From: Carcharhinus amblyrhynchos
Lineage: Eukaryota
NCBI GenBank assembly: GCA_965287045.1
Contig: OZ336878.1
Location: 42,966,001-43,030,000 of the forward strand
Length of the DNA stretch: 64,000 nt
Direction of reading: 5' to 3'
A program made the translations under genes and the position numbers. This document shows positions 48,217-60,334 of this stretch, piece after piece. The notes under the pieces were generated by a model. It did not search any database, was not told the origin of the DNA, and saw only the letters and a list, made by a program, of their open reading frames with translations. The first letter of the stretch is position 1, and each line of letters starts with the position of its first letter.

Positions 48217-48452
48217 AGTAATAAGTATTTGGAGGCAGAAGTCCCTTCACAATCATCTCTTTATTTACAATTTCAACAGCAGTACACATAGTACTATCAG
48301 TCGGCAATCTACCTTTCCGGAGTGCCAGAGGAACTGACATTCCCAGTTAAATGCAAGGAAAAGACTCCCTGACTGGCCCATTGACTGACTCCTTAATCAG
48401 AGAGTTCATATTCAAATGGGCCAACTTAAATGGTTTAATTGAAGTCATTACA
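48217..48452 (-). mobile_element. Short solo LTR (236 bp) with a 5-bp target duplication
   Basis: gcatg|agtaat...attaca|gcatg, i.e. TGTAAT/ATTACA termini with one substitution. Minus-strand AATAAA at about 48260. Confidence 0.65.
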
Positions 48453-50400
48453 GCATGTATGTATGTGTGGGATGTCCAGCGCAGGTTGGATTTGCTTTGC
48501 TTCTGATGGCTCCAACATTGAACAATGTACTGCCACTAACTATTCAGAATCATACACAAATGGGTGTGGAGTTGTATCTCAATGAGCCAGCATCTTCAGG
48601 AAAGGACTCTTAGAGAGAAAATTGTCGGAGAAAACAAAACCTTTTAAAAAAAGCACACAATCCGAAAAATAATTCCAGTGAGTCATGCCTGTCTTCAATT
48701 AAGAAACAATGAGCAAGGAAAAACCAAAAGCTGTCCTTCTATACCAAGAACAAATTTATTTGCAGTTAAAAATGTTGGTCAGTATTACCATTTTTCCTAT
48801 ACTCCACCCCATAAGACTTTGAATTATATTTGTGCTACAAATAGCGGAAATGTGAATACAAGGTAGAAATTCAACTAGAAATTTTATTGGTGTTTTCTAT
48901 TCAAGAAAGGGACAAATTATTTTTATTTTACTTTGCTCATAAAGTTTAATATGAATGCCTGACAAGGCTAAGAAAAAAATATCTGGATCTTCAATCATTC
49001 CCCTACTCATGCAGTTGCTGATGTATTATTGCACCATTTAACCAATTGGCAGTCATCAATGACATTACACAATAATGTATTGCTCCCAATCAATTACCTT
49101 GTGTAACGTTGGCCTAATATAATACAAGCATGAAGAGTATCTGAAAAGAACAGCTGTACTGCTGCCATGCAGGGAATATCACACTGTAATCAGTTTTAGC
49201 ATGATTGCGACTAATCGGAAGTTGAGGTATGACAGGATAACATGCCATTTATCTGGGATAACAGTCTTGTCAAAAGGATCCAAATATGTTATATTTTGTA
49301 AGGCAGCCTTTTGCACTGAAGACACAGCAATTCTGTGAATTGGACATTACAAAAGCTATATTTCTAAGACATCTTGGCCAGTTAAATCTAATTTAATACA
49401 CCCAAATGTCATCTGTCAGTTTGTTCTATTATTCTGCACAAAGATTATTCCTAAACAACTTGTAATATATTGAATGAACACACTTCTTTGGCACTTGTAA
49501 AGGTAAATGATAATGTTAGTGAGGAAAGCAATATTATTTCATATCTATGTTGGATATGAGACTTAAGGCAGCAGATTTATGACTTGCCAAACATAACCCT
49601 CATATTGTGTTAGTTATTGAGACTGAAATTGCTTCTATGCCAAACCTCTGGACTCAGTACAAAGCTTCTTAATGAAAAATAAATGATAGAAGATGGAAAA
49701 GCCAATAATTGCCAGGTTTATCCAAGAAACTGTCTGAAACTTTTAGATCTACAATTTTGAGTCAAGGAACTAGCTAAACAATAAAGCAGCAAATTCCTCT
49801 GGTTAATCTGCATGAGTGATAATTCAGTTTTCTCAGATTCAGGATTTGCATTTACTGTGTAAAATTTCTCTTTAAACATTTGGGATTCTATGGCCAGTTT
49901 TTTTTTGCAAGTAGGAACTACAGCATATTAATGTATTCCATGCCTCATATCTGGTTTCTAATGAAAGGCCCAAAAAAAAGGGGCTGTTTAAGGGTTGAGG
50001 TCAGAATTGTTGTAGAATTGCAGAAACCAATTAGTGCCGTCTCTGTTAGTGAAAACTATTGGAGTTGTTTTCAGAAAATATGTTTATTTCATTCTTAATT
50101 TCATGACATGCCAAAATTAATGGCCTAGATTTTGTGGTTTTGATGACAGTGAAACTGTCTAAATATGTTATCATTACTCTTATGAAACTAACAGCAACCA
50201 CTAGCATTTGAACATACGCAGTTGCTGTCTGTGATTCTCTGCTCTTTCACAGGTGTGGAGTCTTCAGAGATGGAAATCAATTAGGAATCACTGATTTGAC
50301 ATGAAGTTCTACTTTTTACTCTGTACATTTTAGAAGCGACAGCACAGTTTTGCCTTTTTGAATAAGATCTAACTTAATATATAATGATATTCTAAGTCAT

Positions 50401-50523
50401 GGGCTGAAATTCTCCCATCACACCCACTGCAGTGGATGAGACAGAAAATTCGGCAGACTATTCAAAGGCTTCTCGGGCGGGAATTTCTGGTCATGGGATG
50501 TGCGCAACCAGAGAATTCCAACC
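50401..50523. mobile_element. Short MITE-like element
   Basis: gggctgaaattctc...gagaattccaacc; same terminal family as 33179 and 39757. Confidence 0.6.
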
Positions 50524-50849
50524 TTCGTTGATGCTGACAACCTCTCTGGCTTTGAGAAATGATTTCATATTGTGGAATGTAAAATTCATCCACCAATTGA
50601 TTCAAAATATCATGATTAAATTTTAACAATAACATATTTTGAAATTTTAAAAACATTTTTGAAAATTCCTACAATATAAGTTTATTTATGATACTTCAGC
50701 TTCTACCTTAAACTGTACGTTATCCTAATCTTTATTTTAATTCATCAAATTATAAAAAAAATTGCTAAAATCTGTTTGTTACTTCCTAGTTTGTTGTCTA
50801 TCAATGTACTTAATTAATATATTTTTCTCATTCATTGTGTGGTTTGAGC

Positions 50850-51300
50850 AAGGACATCACTGATTGCCCATTCTTATTTTCCCTTGAGCAAGTGCTGATG
50901 AGCTACCTACAACTGAGTGACTTGCTCCATCTATCAGGGTTTCAGGGTCAAACACATTGGTGTGGGTCTAGATTCACATGTAGTTCGCAAAAACAATACA
51001 TTTCACTGTATCCCAATACATGTGACAATAATAATTAATTCAGTTCGATTCATTGTAGGCCAGACTGGATAAGGATGGGAGATTTTCTCCCCTGAAGGAC
51101 ATTTGTGAACCAGATGGGCTTTTATGACAATCTGATAATTTCATTATTAATGAGACTAGCATTTTATTACAGATGTATAAATTAATTTAGTTTGAATTCC
51201 ATCAGCTATCCTGTTAGCATTTGAACTCATGTCTCCAAAACATTAATCCAGCTCAGTGGATTATTAGTCCAGTAACATTACTGTTATGCTCATACCCCAA
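50850..51300 (-). mobile_element. Second MetaSINE-like copy, interrupted by a 70-bp insert
   Basis: Matches 47300-47620. Insert 50984-51053 is flanked by tgtag duplications. Confidence 0.7.
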
Positions 51301-51449
51301 TTCAAGATGTTCAATACATTTTCTGCTTTCAATTTCTTCAACTAATCCTTTTAACTGTTCTCTACTTTTCCCTACCAATTTTTACATAATTCCTCACCAA
51401 CCTGCCTGCTGTAGATGCATCCGTCCATGACAGTATTGGTAGGAGTGAC

Positions 51450-52665
51450 CTAAGCATAGTCCTTCAAGAAACAAAATCCCATCTTAATGTTGAGAATAAC
51501 TCCCATCTTGTTATGTGGCATTACCACCTGCTAAATGGAATAGATTTCAGACAGATTTTGCAATTTAAGACTGGGCATCCACGGGGCACTGTGGCCCATC
51601 AGCAGCAGGAGAATTGTACTTGAGACAATCTGTAACCTCATGGCCCTGCATAAGTCCCCTTCTACCATTATCATAAAGCCAGAAGATCAATGTTGGTTCA
51701 ATGAAGAATGCAGGAGGGCATGCCAAGAGTAACACTAATCATAGAATCACAGAAGTCAAAGAATCCTTACAGTACAGAAAGGGGCCATTTGGCCCATCGA
51801 GTCTGCACTGACCATAATCCCACCCAGGCCCTACCCCCATATCCCTACATATTTACCCACTAATCCCTCTAACCTATGCATTTCAGGACGCTAAGGGCAA
51901 TTTTAGCATGGCCAATCAACCTAACCGGCACATCTTTGGTCTGTGGGAGGAAACCAGAGCACCTGGAGGAAACCCACGCAGACACAAGGGAAATGTGCAA
52001 ACTCCACACAGACAGTGACCCAAGCCGGGAATTGAACCCAGGTCCCTGGAGCTGTGAAGGAGCAGTGCTAACCACTGTGCTACTCTGCCGCCCACTAGGC
52101 GCACCTAAGAATGAGGTGTCAACCTGGTGAAGCTCCAACACAGCACTACTTGTGTGCCAAACAGCGTAAACAGTGAGTGATAGATGGAGCAAAGCAATTT
52201 CACAATCAACGAATTAGTTCTACGTTCAGCAGACCTGCCACATTCAGTCATGAATAGTAATGGATAGTTAAACAGTTTAGTGGAGGAAGAGGCTCCATAA
52301 CAATCCCCATCTTCAATGATGGAGGAGCCAAACACATTGGTACAAAGGTTGAAGCATTTGCGATAATCTTCATCCAAAAGTGCTGAGTGTATGATCCATC
52401 TCTGCTTCCTCATGAGTCCCCAGCATCACAGATGCCAGTCTTCAGCCAATTTGATGCAGTTCATGTGATACCAAGAAATGACAAGGCTATGGGCCTGACA
52501 ATATTGTGGCAATAGTACTCAAGACATATTGTTCCAGAATCTGCTGCCAAGCCAAACTGTTCCAGTAAAGCTACAGCATTGACACTTGGCAATGTGGAAA
52601 ATTGCCCAGGTATGTCCTGTACACAAAAACAGAACAAATCCAACCCATCTAATTACCACCCTACA
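51450..52665 (+). mobile_element. Non-LTR retrotransposon ORF2 remnant, split by a SINE
   Basis: KAMG.DNI, then atgtggaaaattgcccaggtatgtcctgtacacaaaaa (MWKIAQVCPVHK) and aaatccaacccatctaattac (KSNPSNY): start of a CR1/L2-group reverse transcriptase. Confidence 0.8.
51738..52093 (-). mobile_element. HE1-like V-SINE, full length, inside the LINE
   Basis: Complete head, V-domain and tail; ACTA duplicated on both sides (aacacta|...|actaggc). Confidence 0.93.
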
Positions 52666-52666
52666 A

Positions 52667-53551
52667 TGTCCTAACTTTGTTAGTCATTGTGGGTTTTACA
52701 CAGAAGGAAAAGAATGTGGTTTGCACATGTAGATTTAAACAAACAACAGATTTTATGTCCAGGCATGTTCTTGCTACACACTTTGGGTTTCACGCTCCTT
52801 GGCTACCAAACCCCATATCAGTGGAGGCAGCTGATGTCTTAAATGGCTAGCTGCCTCCATAAAACACACATGCACAAAATGCAGTCCGCTCTCACAAAAA
52901 TGGGCAGTGTGTGTTTGGTGATTTTCAGGCAGTCCCGTTATTTTTGGCATGACAGAGAGTCTCTCCATTGTGGTGAATGTCTGGGCCATTTAGTTACAGT
53001 GAGAAAATAACTTGCTGTCGCGCTGTCCCTCTTCAGGTGTTCACTAAGTGCACTGTATCTGCTGGGCAAAAAGTGCAGACAGTGTCTTCAATGTGAACCA
53101 AGCAGTTGCTGACTCCAGAGGAAAAAGACAGCGATTTTCCACCTAGTCTTTAAATTGTCTTGAAGCAAAATGTGAAAGAAAGTACCAAACATGACCTGAA
53201 ACGATCAATACTTCAATCTGTACGAATGTATCTGATTTACCTTTCTTTTGGACATTATTAAACAATTTAACCTATTCTAACATTGTAACTCACAACATTG
53301 TACTTGTGTGAATCTCTTGAATGTATGAGTGAGTGTGAGTTGGAACATTTTTTTCTAGATTAGGTATGAAGTACAATTTCTTTAAAAACTTACAAAAAAC
53401 CCTACCTGACTGTGTCTTTTACAATCACAGTGCTTAAATAGTTAAACACTAATTTAATTGGTGAACAAATTATTTTTAAAAATCCCTGCTTCGGTCAACT
53501 GAGAAATGGAAAGAGAGTTAAGATGTTTTTCACTTCTGACCTGGCTGTAAC
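52667..53551. mobile_element. Possible solo LTR between two parts of the LINE
   Basis: tgtcc...gtaaca. LINE sequence stops just before it and resumes just after; no target duplication. Confidence 0.3.
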
Positions 53552-54260
53552 AATCACTTTAAACTTTTACTCCTTCAATCACTCCTGCAGAGTGATGGCA
53601 GTGTGTACCACCTACAAGATGTATGTGGCAACATGTTTGACAGTATCTTCCAAAACCCCTGATCACTATCACCTAGAAGGACAAGGGCAGCAGATGTCTC
53701 CAAATTCCCCTTCAAGTAATGCACCATCCTAACTTGAAACTACAGCAAGGCTCCTTCAACTGTTTTTGGGTCAAAATACTGGAGCTCGCTCTCTAATGTA
53801 ACTGTCAGTATACCTACACTACATGGACTGCAGTAGTTCAGGAAGATTGCATCACCGTGGGGGCAGCATGGTGACACAGTTGTTAGCACTGCTGCCCTCA
53901 GCGCTAGGGACCCAGATTCACTTCCAGCCTTGGGTCACTGTCTGTGTGGAGTTTGCACATTTTCCCCGTGTCTGCCTGGGTTTCCTCCGGGTCCTCTGGT
54001 TTCCTCCGACAGTCCAAAGATGTGCAGGTTAGACTGATTGGCCATACTAAATTGACCCTAAGGGGGATTAACAGGGTAAATATGTGGGGTTATGAGAATA
54101 AAGCCTGGGTGGGATTGTGTTTAGTGCAGACTTGATGGACCAAATGGCTCCCTTCTGCACTGTAGGGATTCTAAGATGAATAACCTCCATCGTCACAAGG
54201 TGGACGGCAATAAACACTGGCCTTGCCGGAAACACTCACACCCCAAGAATGAATGAAAAA
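53552..54260 (+). mobile_element. 3' end of the non-LTR retrotransposon, split by a SINE
   Basis: gcagtgtgtaccacctacaagatg...ggactgcagtagttcaggaag [SINE] ggcaataaacactggccttgcc...aagaatgaatgaaaaa. Confidence 0.7.
53860..54177 (+). mobile_element. HE1-like V-SINE, full length
   Basis: gggcagcatggtgacacagttgttagcactgctg...gtgtggagtttgcac...ttctgcactgtagggattct. Confidence 0.93.
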
Positions 54261-54631
54261 TGTAATTTTGTCCCTATATTTTCCATGGTGTTTATTATTT
54301 TACATAATCATCGCTTAGCCATCTCCTTTCAAGGATAAAGATCTAAAATTCTCTAGTTTTCCCTAATTATTCATCGCTGTGATGTCAGGGACTAGTTTCA
54401 TTACTTTTCTCAGAACTGCCTCAAGGGTTGGAATGTCTCCCTTATGTTTATCTTGACAGCCTGTTTCACCACTTACTGGTTAAACTGATTCTTAGTGTGT
54501 CATAAACATGGTCTAAATTATCTTGCCATCATTAAATTGCAGAAAGCTCCTAAGTTGTCAATGGATGTCCATCATATTTCCTACACAAGATTGGAACAGG
54601 CTTTCTTTCCTGCAATTTAGGAGAAAAGGGC

Positions 54632-54860
54632 AGAAAGAATTTGCATTTATATAGCATGCTTCAGGATGCCTCAAAGCTCTTCACAGTCAATAAATTACTA
54701 TTTGAAGTGTAATCACTGTTGTTATATAACGTGCATATAACAATTCTCACACAGCAAGGCTCCACAAACATCAATAAGATAAATGACCAGTTGGTCTGTT
54801 TTTTTGATATTCACTGAGAGAGTAATGTTGGCTAATAGAATTCTCCTACTCCTTTTAATC
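54632..54860 (-). mobile_element. DeuSINE-like fragment (Deu domain plus tail)
   Basis: Reverse complement aaacagaccaactggtcatttatc...tgtttgtggagccttgctgtgtgagaattg...acaacagtgattacacttcaaa...gctatataaatgcaaattcttt resembles the AmnSINE1/SacSINE1 class as I recall it. Confidence 0.7.
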
Positions 54861-55364
54861 ATGCATACTATCAAGGATATAGATTCTCAGAAGCTTGAGT
54901 GAGTTTAAGTTGGCAAAGGTAAGAGCAAGGAATTGCCAATACTGCACAAAGTTTTTGTTGTGCCTGTCTTAGCTCAACCTGACATGTGGCAATCCCGTTT
55001 ATGGGCCAAATCAAATTTTTGCCCTTGGAGCACACGCCTAATTGATTGGTTTTCATTTCATTGAATTGTGGATCTGTTTAGCTGTGATTAAACCTGTTTT
55101 TTACTGTTTTCTATGGAGTACTATGAAGTGATATAAGGCAAAATCTTGCTAAGGGAATGATCAGCAACTCCCGCCTCCCCCCGCTCCCCTGCCAATGCCC
55201 ATGGATGCACCCACTCTGTAAGAGAGTAACAATAAGCAAGATACCTCATCCCATGAAGATCAGGAAAAATTGGGAGAGGATGATAATAGAATAGGTGTAC
55301 TGCCCTAGAGGGAGCAGAGACAACTCCTTGACAGAATAGCCTCTGGGGCCAGTCTTCAGTTTTT

Positions 55365-55693
55365 TAGAATCCTACAGTGCAGAAAGAGGCCGTTCAGCCC
55401 ATCGAGTTTGCACCAAACACAATTCCACCCAGGCCCTATCCCCATATCTCCACATATTTACCCACTAATCCCTCTAACCTATGCATCCCAGGACATTAAG
55501 GGCAATTTAGCATGGCCAATCAACCTAACCCACACATCTTTGGACTGTGGGAGGAAACTGGAGCGCCCGGAGGAAACCAACACAGACACAGGGAGAATGT
55601 GCGAACTCCACACAGACAGTGATCTGAACTGGGATTCGAACCCAGGTCCCTGGAATTGTGAAGCAGCAGTGCTAACCACTGTGCTACCATGCC
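55365..55693 (-). mobile_element. HE1-like V-SINE
   Basis: Near-identical to the 46822 and 51738 copies. Confidence 0.93.
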
Positions 55694-58649
55694 ATTAAAG
55701 AATCTAAGATTCAAGAGCATTTGCAACCAATCTTCCCTCATGTCCTGCATGTCTTTTTCATTATCCACACCTACAATGCAAAAGGAATTCTCTGATGTGA
55801 AGAAAACCCTGATGACTGTGGCAGTCTAGGAGATCAATGCAGCCTCAAGAAATATGGAAGAGGATCCAAGAACACGTGTCACTTCTGGAGTGGCAACGAT
55901 GACTATTTCTATAGATGGCCTACAGAGTACAGAAGGCTTTCATAACTTATTTGGGATTATACGACCCACAGTTAAGCAGAACATTAGCCCAATTGGGTTT
56001 GTGCCCAGCACTAATGGCCTTGAAGCATTGATTCTTGCGAGCAAATTTCTGTGCAACTTTTTAATGAGTGCAACTGATTACACTTCCTCCTAACCCCTTC
56101 AAAGCTCAGCTTGACTTTTAAAACATTTTGATAGTTATGTTTGTATTCATCATATCAGAAGCTTAACTGTCAGGAACTTCCATTTATATTTGCTCTACTT
56201 TAATTGATTTATTGCCAGTTGTACATTAATAGAAATGATTGCATCATTAAAAACTTTATTATCTCAATGACATTTTGAAGGATTGTTCCATTTTCTTGTT
56301 TCTCGCTCACCTTTTAGAGTGTTAATGCAGATTTTCATTGTGGTGCATGGCTGAATTGTATTAGATAATTTTTGAATACTTAACAGACCTGCAAAACAGA
56401 TATCTGCAAAACTCACTCACATCTTTCTAATATATTCATATTTCTGAATACTGAAGTGCTTTATATTTTCAGTGGGACTTTTCACTGAATTGTAATGTCA
56501 ACAGCAATCGATCAGTCAGGTAGTTAAAGCTTTAATTCAATGGTATACAATTATCTATACACTTTTTGATTAAATGCATCTGTAATAATTTAAACTGGCA
56601 ACAGATATGTGTGAAAATTTGGTTGTTGAAGAGCATAGTTTAGATTTGCATACCCAATCAAATATATAGAACCGCAAGTTTGATTATCTGATTGGATATC
56701 ATAATATGTTTTGGCCATCTATTGTATGATTAAGTGTTCACAGAATATATTGATTCCTCAGGTTTCTCATCTGGCTGGTTGTCTTTAATATGTTCCAGTG
56801 AAACTTGTGTACTTTATATCCCACATCTGTGATATATGTTTAGATTGCAATGTGTAAGTCTCAAGACAATTACATTAGTCGCCTTTTAACATTATTTTAA
56901 TTGTATAAAATAATACATTTATTGGTTCTGTAGAAAACAGAAGTTTTTGCCTTGGTTGTTTAAACTCGCCAGGAAGGTAATATACAGCATCCAAATGTTG
57001 ACAGGAGTGGTATTTTACAATGCTGCACTTTAAATTATTAAATTTAAAAGTGACCTTGGGTTACCAGTATGTTTGAATTTATGAAGCAGAATTTGCTTGA
57101 ATTGGACTTGCTGCCAAGGTTTATTGTTTCATTGTCCAAAAATTCCACAAGGCTAATATGCCTCTTAATCAGGACTTCTGGCCCTCAGTGTTATCTGGAG
57201 CTGACCCCACTGTTATTTCAAGAATCACCTCATTTGTACTTCCTTTGACAATTCATTGCAGCAAATCCCAAAAATGGGAAAATAATGCAGGAGAGATTGA
57301 AAATTTGTATTGTAGCATTTAAAAAGCTAAGAATGGCTGAAGATTGCAGCACCAGACTGGGTAGCAGGAGGTAAATGCTAAATTGCCTGCCAGACTGAGT
57401 TTACTGTCAAGTATATGCCATGGAAACCTTCTGTATGATGTTGTGCCATTTTTAAAGCATGTCTTTAAATGGAGGACCTGGCAGAGGCATTTGAAGAATG
57501 CAGTACGGAGGCAGAGAAGACAGGCTTAAAATTTCACCATCAACTGATTTGGATGAAGTGCATCTTATAATAAGTGTGCCATTCTTCTAAACATCAGTTA
57601 CCTGCATGCAAAATTGGCAATAAACCTTCACTGAAACTGCACAAAACTATATGCCTTTGTGTCTACTTAAAGCTAAGGAGTAAGGCTTATCCATTCTTAT
57701 CTTTTCTCCTGATGGCATCATGACAGCAATGGGGAATAACTCAAGCTCCAGGTGTTATGTTTTATGCTTTGGAGACATGCAGAGATGATGCACTCCAGGT
57801 TTGCAGCAGGAGTTTTATTCAATGATTTAAAATGTCTTCTCATGTTTCCAGTTGCTTGCTGACAATTTAGTGTTCTTTTCAGTTGCCACGCCAGGCTTAA
57901 CTAACCATCCACAGTGAGTAGTCAACAGTCACCAGACATACATAATCAAACACCAAACAATTGAATACTACACCGGACTGAGGACAGTTTCCAAAGATTT
58001 GTGGTGACAGGCATCACTCTGGGGTCTATAATTTTCATTTGTGACAAGCCTATTATTCATAGCAGACATTAATTGAACACATGACAGTTTCATGAGAACA
58101 TGTATCAGTCCCCATTTCAGTAACCTGGAAGCAGCTGATATCTCTAGTGCTGACTACTGATTTGGTGGCAATAGAAAATGGACACCTCTTTTAATATCTC
58201 CAAGTTTCATCTGAGAGAGCAAAAAAAAAGCAGAAAGGAAAGCACATGTGCCAAATATCAGGTGAAAGTATAATATCTTATGTTCATTTATAAGTTGATT
58301 TTAATAAAGGAGAATGTATCCCTAATTTGTGTTCAATTATTCGTGAAGATTATAGTCATTCAAGAAAAGGTGCACTTATTTCACGCTGACTCATTGATCA
58401 GATCATTAAGAACAAAAGAGTTTAAAGTGATTAGCTTTGCTCAGATGCCTCCTGCAGCATTCACCGAAAAGTCTTTTGATGACACTCATCCTGATTCCTT
58501 TACTCCTACATGTTCTCACAATGCAGCTATTTCCATTGTCTCAGGAATGTCCATGTCCAGACATTTTTGATTGTAGCATATGCAAAGCAGAACAGAATAT
58601 GTAAGTTAATGCATATTGCAGAGCCTGTCCTGACTTATCAAAACAGAAA

Positions 58650-59260
58650 GTCTCCCCACTCACCTTTAAGACCCTCATAGTCCTCTCAAAGACCTCTTTG
58701 TTATCAGCATGTTCCCCTCAGGCGATGAGTTCCAGATTCCTAGTACCCTTTGGGTGAAAAAGTATTTCCCCAAATCCTCTCTAGATTTCCTGACCTTTAC
58801 CTCAAATCTATACCTCCGGGCTTTTGACCCTACTATGAAGGGGAAAAGTTCCTTCCTATCTACTTTACCTATGTCTTTCACACTTTTTTACACCTCGATC
58901 AGGTCTTCCTTCAGCCTTCCCTGCGCTAAGGAAAACAACCCAGCTTAACCACCTTCCCTGCATCACTGAAATACCCCAACCCAGGCAACATGCTGGTGAA
59001 TCTCCTCTGCACTCTTTTCTGTGCAATCACATTCTTCCTATAGTGTGTGACCAGAACTGCACACAGTACCCTAGTTGTGGTCTAATGAGTATTTCATACA
59101 GCTCCCTCATAACCTCCCTCCTCATATTCTTATGCCTGCACCAATAAAGGCAAGTATCCCATATGCATTCTTAACCACTTTATCTTTCTCTCTGCTGCCT
59201 TTAGGAATCTTTAGGGACCTGCACCTCAAGTTCTTCTAGTCCTCTAGTTCCCAGAGTCCT
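58650..59260 (-). mobile_element. CR1-type LINE 3' fragment (resumes briefly after 59941)
   Basis: KVDRKELFPFIVGSKARRYRFEVK...KYFFTQRVLGIWNSSPE. Confidence 0.88.
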
Positions 59261-59941
59261 GGAAGAAGTCTCACAATACCAGGTTAAAGTCTAACAGGTT
59301 TATTTGGTAGCAAAATCCACTAGCTTTTGGAGTGCTGCCCCTTCATCAGGTGAGTGGGAGTTCTATTCACAAACAGAGCATTTCAAGACACAAACTCAAT
59401 TTACACAATAATGGTTGGAATGTGAGTCTTTACAGGCAATCAAGTCTTAAAGGTACAGACAATGTGAGTGGAGAGCACGTTAAGTATAGGTTAAAGAGAT
59501 CTGACAACGGATGAATGAACACCACTTGACAATTACCAGTCAAGACTATTCTCTTCCTGTTGGCGAACACGTCAGCGATCATGGGCATTTGGCCTCTGAT
59601 CTTCAGGGGAGCGTTCTCCAAGGTGGCCTTCACGACACACAACAGCGCAAAGTTGCTGAGCAGAGACCGATAGCCAAGTTCCGCACACATGAGGACAGCC
59701 TCAACCAGGATTTTGGGTTCATGTCACACTATCTGTAACCCCCATAATGACTTGCCTGGGCTTGCAAAATCTCACTAACTATCCTGTCTGTGAATAGAAC
59801 TCCCACTCACCTGATGAAGGGGCAGCACTCCGAAAGCTAGTGGATTTTGCTACCAGATAAACCTATGGGACTTTAACCTGGTGTTGTGAGACTTCTTATT
59901 GTGTTTACCCCAGTCCAACGCCGGCATCTCCACATCATGAC
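59261..59941 (+). mobile_element. 5'-truncated Penelope-like retroelement: inverted terminal arms plus GIY-YIG C-terminus
   Basis: Inverted arms of about 109 bp (59263-59371 and 59789-59897). RMNEH...LPVGEHVSDHGH.ASDL..SVLQGGLHDTQQRKVAEQRPIAKFRTHEDSLNQD fits the Penelope GIY-YIG endonuclease end. Target duplication ttcccagagtcct / ttcctagagtcct. Confidence 0.88.
59807..59843 (+). ncRNA. Minimal type I hammerhead ribozyme motif (Penelope terminal repeat)
   Basis: tcac CTGATGA a GGGG cagca CTCC GAAA gc TA gtgg: both core boxes intact, palindromic AGCT in place of stem III. Confidence 0.72.
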
Positions 59942-60334
59942 TTCCTAGAGTCCTACCATTCCAATACGTTATGGACTGTTTCCAAAATATCACACATAAC
60001 CTGGACGTTGAGCAAATTGTACTTCTTCATATTTAGAAAGTTGAAGGCATTGAATATAGGAGATCATAATGTAATGTGGGTGCAGTTTCTTTGCAGCCCA
60101 CAGCAGCGTAAGACTAGATCATACCTTACTGTGATTCCAAATTCCATAAGCACCCCAACTGTGAGTTACTTGAATACATGCCATTCTGACACCTTGGCTG
60201 AATGTGCTACCTGAATTAATTTGGTGGCATAAACCTTAACAGTTGTCATGATTTTCATAGGCAAAAGTATCTGGATAGAGACTATAGTTGCAGATAATGT
60301 AGTAGCTAGCAGAGCTCCTCTAGTATATCTTTGG

